Source: a virus
Length of the DNA: 64,000 nucleotides
Strand: one strand, 5' to 3'
Virus record (IMG/VR): IMGVR_UViG_3300046318_000491
Span: 32,001 to 96,000 of that record
The notes below the pieces were generated by a model. That model did no database searches. It was given only the letters and a program-made list of their open reading frames with translations, and had not been told where the DNA came from. Shown in pieces: positions 63,001 to 64,000 of this stretch. Within the stretch, counting starts at the first letter, position 1; each line of letters starts with the position of its first letter. The translations under genes were made by a program, and so were the position numbers.

Positions 63001-63999
63001 AGAGTACGTGGAGTCAGAGAATGTGACAATTATGTTATCTCCGACAGCCAAGTTGTGGTCATCAGAGATGGCAGTCACTAGATTACCATCGGTGTGGATC
63101 TGCCTAATAGTCGCTTCAACGATTGGCGTGCCGCTAATTCTAGCTTTGGTACGAGTTAAAAGTCCCTTCTTAGGAGACTTCTTGACATCGTAGAAAGGAG
63201 TGGTTGCATCTGCAAGCTTGTAGACAATAGTGTCTCCGTCGCTATTGCCTTTCACGACTACGGAACGGCCGCCATAGATTTTATCTGTAGCCGCGTCGGT
63301 GAAGTTCACCTTTACGGTGTCGCCAACGCGGAACACGTGACGATCAACCGTATTCACGTAGACAGTGCCGGCTCGGTCTTTAGTAGAGATACCGGTGTCA
63401 TACTCAAGCGACGCAATTTGCGCGGTTGAGTCAGGTTCTGCGAGATTAACTGTAGAGAGTTGATCATAGCCTGGATCCATAGTAATCCACGAGGTACCGT
63501 AAACCGAAGCAGTAGAGCCGCTAACTGATGTTTTAGCGATATCAGCATCAATATTTTTAATAAAAGATAGGGTCCACTGAGAAGAACTCTCGTTTGCAGG
63601 AGTAACCTTTTCAATCTGATGGGTGCCCTTAATGACAGAGTTGGTAGAAGTTACGGTTATAAACTCGCTCTCCAAAATATCTGGATCTTCATTGAAGTAG
63701 AGCAAAACAGTATTATCGTCGCCATCTGCTTCGTAGGCAACAATAGTCTTTGGGGTACCTTGGTCCGAGTCAATAACAATGTTGTAGCCATCGTAAAGAG
63801 GTGTAGGCCAGTTAATAGCGTCAACGCCAGAAATTTTAATTCTATCTCCAGCACCGTACCCATGGCTGTCTCGAGGATATAGCTTCAGCTGAGTCCTAGG
63901 AGTAGCTAGAGCTACGGTGTTATTCTTTGGAACCTTAGTAGCCGTCTTAGGGATATCGTAAGCACTAGAGGTATATTTAGGGTCTAGGAATTGGATGCT
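60082..63999 (-). CDS. Large tail protein, 5'-truncated by the window end
   Basis: The frame stays open from 63999 through the track's start at 63705. Repeated H....GD.V.V domains; C-terminal VFEYPGNI...E.AE..ATR and YSPGDW. Confidence 0.75.
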   Translation of the reverse strand, partial: SIQFLDPKYTSSAYDIPKTATKVPKNNTVALATPRTQLKLYPRDSHGYGAGDRIKISGVDAINWPTPLYDGYNIVIDSDQGTPKTIVAYEADGDDNTVLLYFNEDPDILESEFITVTSTNSVIKGTHQIEKVTPANESSSQWTLSFIKNIDADIAKTSVSGSTASVYGTSWITMDPGYDQLSTVNLAEPDSTAQIASLEYDTGISTKDRAGTVYVNTVDRHVFRVGDTVKVNFTDAATDKIYGGRSVVVKGNSDGDTIVYKLADATTPFYDVKKSPKKGLLTRTKARISGTPIVEATIRQIHTDGNLVTAISDDHNLAVGDNIIVTFSDSTYSNYDSNGGTVKIIEATENTFKYYVPGDIDVSSEVIVRNISFPKTKNKVDKATSPYTVVTRVVTDNFIADSAEQGNEDTEQTFAVSIGSIQTEMNATGDDYVVFTTTGANATNFSIGDSVTIEGLPDQSSDQPSVVEAKNLAPYKIEFKCTNVKKKTGVARMYLDVNPELAKTSKVVLSGFTSQKALGTSGSSKQKNKVITINMWGLQGTTTGTRTVAVKPIVDTYLKNKKFKADEYTLGYGTLRGSTGIPLNYYIDVPCDGKYSISWTWDSAKSTSSTPLATRHGSDKGNVYMGAHTDPSKISAKQIVKYSVYNDTGVIKKMTTNKETFWVKTTQSVAIPANTPVSGFNVTATVKKKITAVFNKNGPSTASPEVFVGDTFKISGLKDSGTNKYSIFNGKDMQVLKVVKDPSTESPTGQERWTDITLRSPHKVLHAFDPKPFVYPNSQVKATSSHNVAGVAVLDYGSISSETRDITALARASSSVATLTSPGHGLAVGDWVNVWTYGKNTLSLNGNNEPIQITSVPSEDTLTYTVPGSDSVEVSHYSIAKNTTKTTVTLTVATGYYHRFVVGDTIELSSFPSAVSSQLTGTAILVTATPRTLSFIKTVTLPTTKTKALASTGTVTLSTAASITDVADETAIGVILPSPMISREPIAFTRTYGEYSQSANLGGVEFSTSLYSALNSKNTPLRGSDLVNLGQHLEEYSNTITGFDYRIDCELYIDPTTGNKKFKRIFRLIPLYPASLTKYINSLPLQDDPYNPNGNRPQDRKPGLAPGQSAPPIAFGADKVVFEYPGNISNISFAENAENSATRVFVSSANGQAGGGDAAYSGAVSEDLLADGWPLLDKAEKADWPLIGNDKTNIDSWGNYDSELDLYRTAKRFAYESKPPAGNFIITVNGSLNPVVGSYSPGDWCSIIVNDDFVKHRLESTLEPRKDVIVRKIDSVKVTVPNNPAFPEQIDLAIVTDWQVDRIGE

Positions 64000-64000
64000 A

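Noticed and set aside
63619-63882. Short ORFs at the window end, and the track's start at 63705
   Set aside because: The tail-protein frame is open to the window edge, so these overlap the true gene.

Overview
This window is part of a large tailed phage genome that almost certainly infects an actinobacterium. Evidence: two whiB genes, DUF3039, a complete class Ib nrdHIEF operon and several apparently leaderless genes; a freshwater Microbacteriaceae-type host is my inference. Layout: (i) 1-7.4 kb, minus strand: auxiliary genes (carbamoyltransferase, WhiB, nrdHIEF, beta-propeller protein, methyltransferase). (ii) 7.5-36.8 kb, plus strand: fibre/appendage genes with collagen-like and other repeats. 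(iii) 36.8-52.3 kb: replication/recombination genes (primase-helicase, SSB-like, Sak4-like, Cas4/RecB-like, SNF2, RuvC-like, PolA) plus a metallophosphoesterase, a GT2-TPR glycosyltransferase and a second WhiB. (iv) 52.4-64 kb, minus strand: large tail proteins. The standout feature lies in the fibre region. One gene encodes FN3 domains, a 76-aa tract of almost pure Pro/Phe/Tyr repeats ((P)PYF/(P)PFF x21) and a C-terminal Hint domain with no real C-extein. It is followed directly by 12 genes: ten prolyl-hydroxylase-like 2OG-Fe(II) oxygenases and two DUF6065-like proteins. A second structural gene 14 kb away carries a copy of the repeat (77 bp identical) beside a PASTA-like domain. I read this as a candidate phage-encoded, RiPP-like modification system for a Pro/aromatic peptide on or released from virion proteins; that function is inferred, not shown. 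I saw no tRNA, rRNA, CRISPR array, integrase or transposase. Family names come from motif recognition only; no database search was run.
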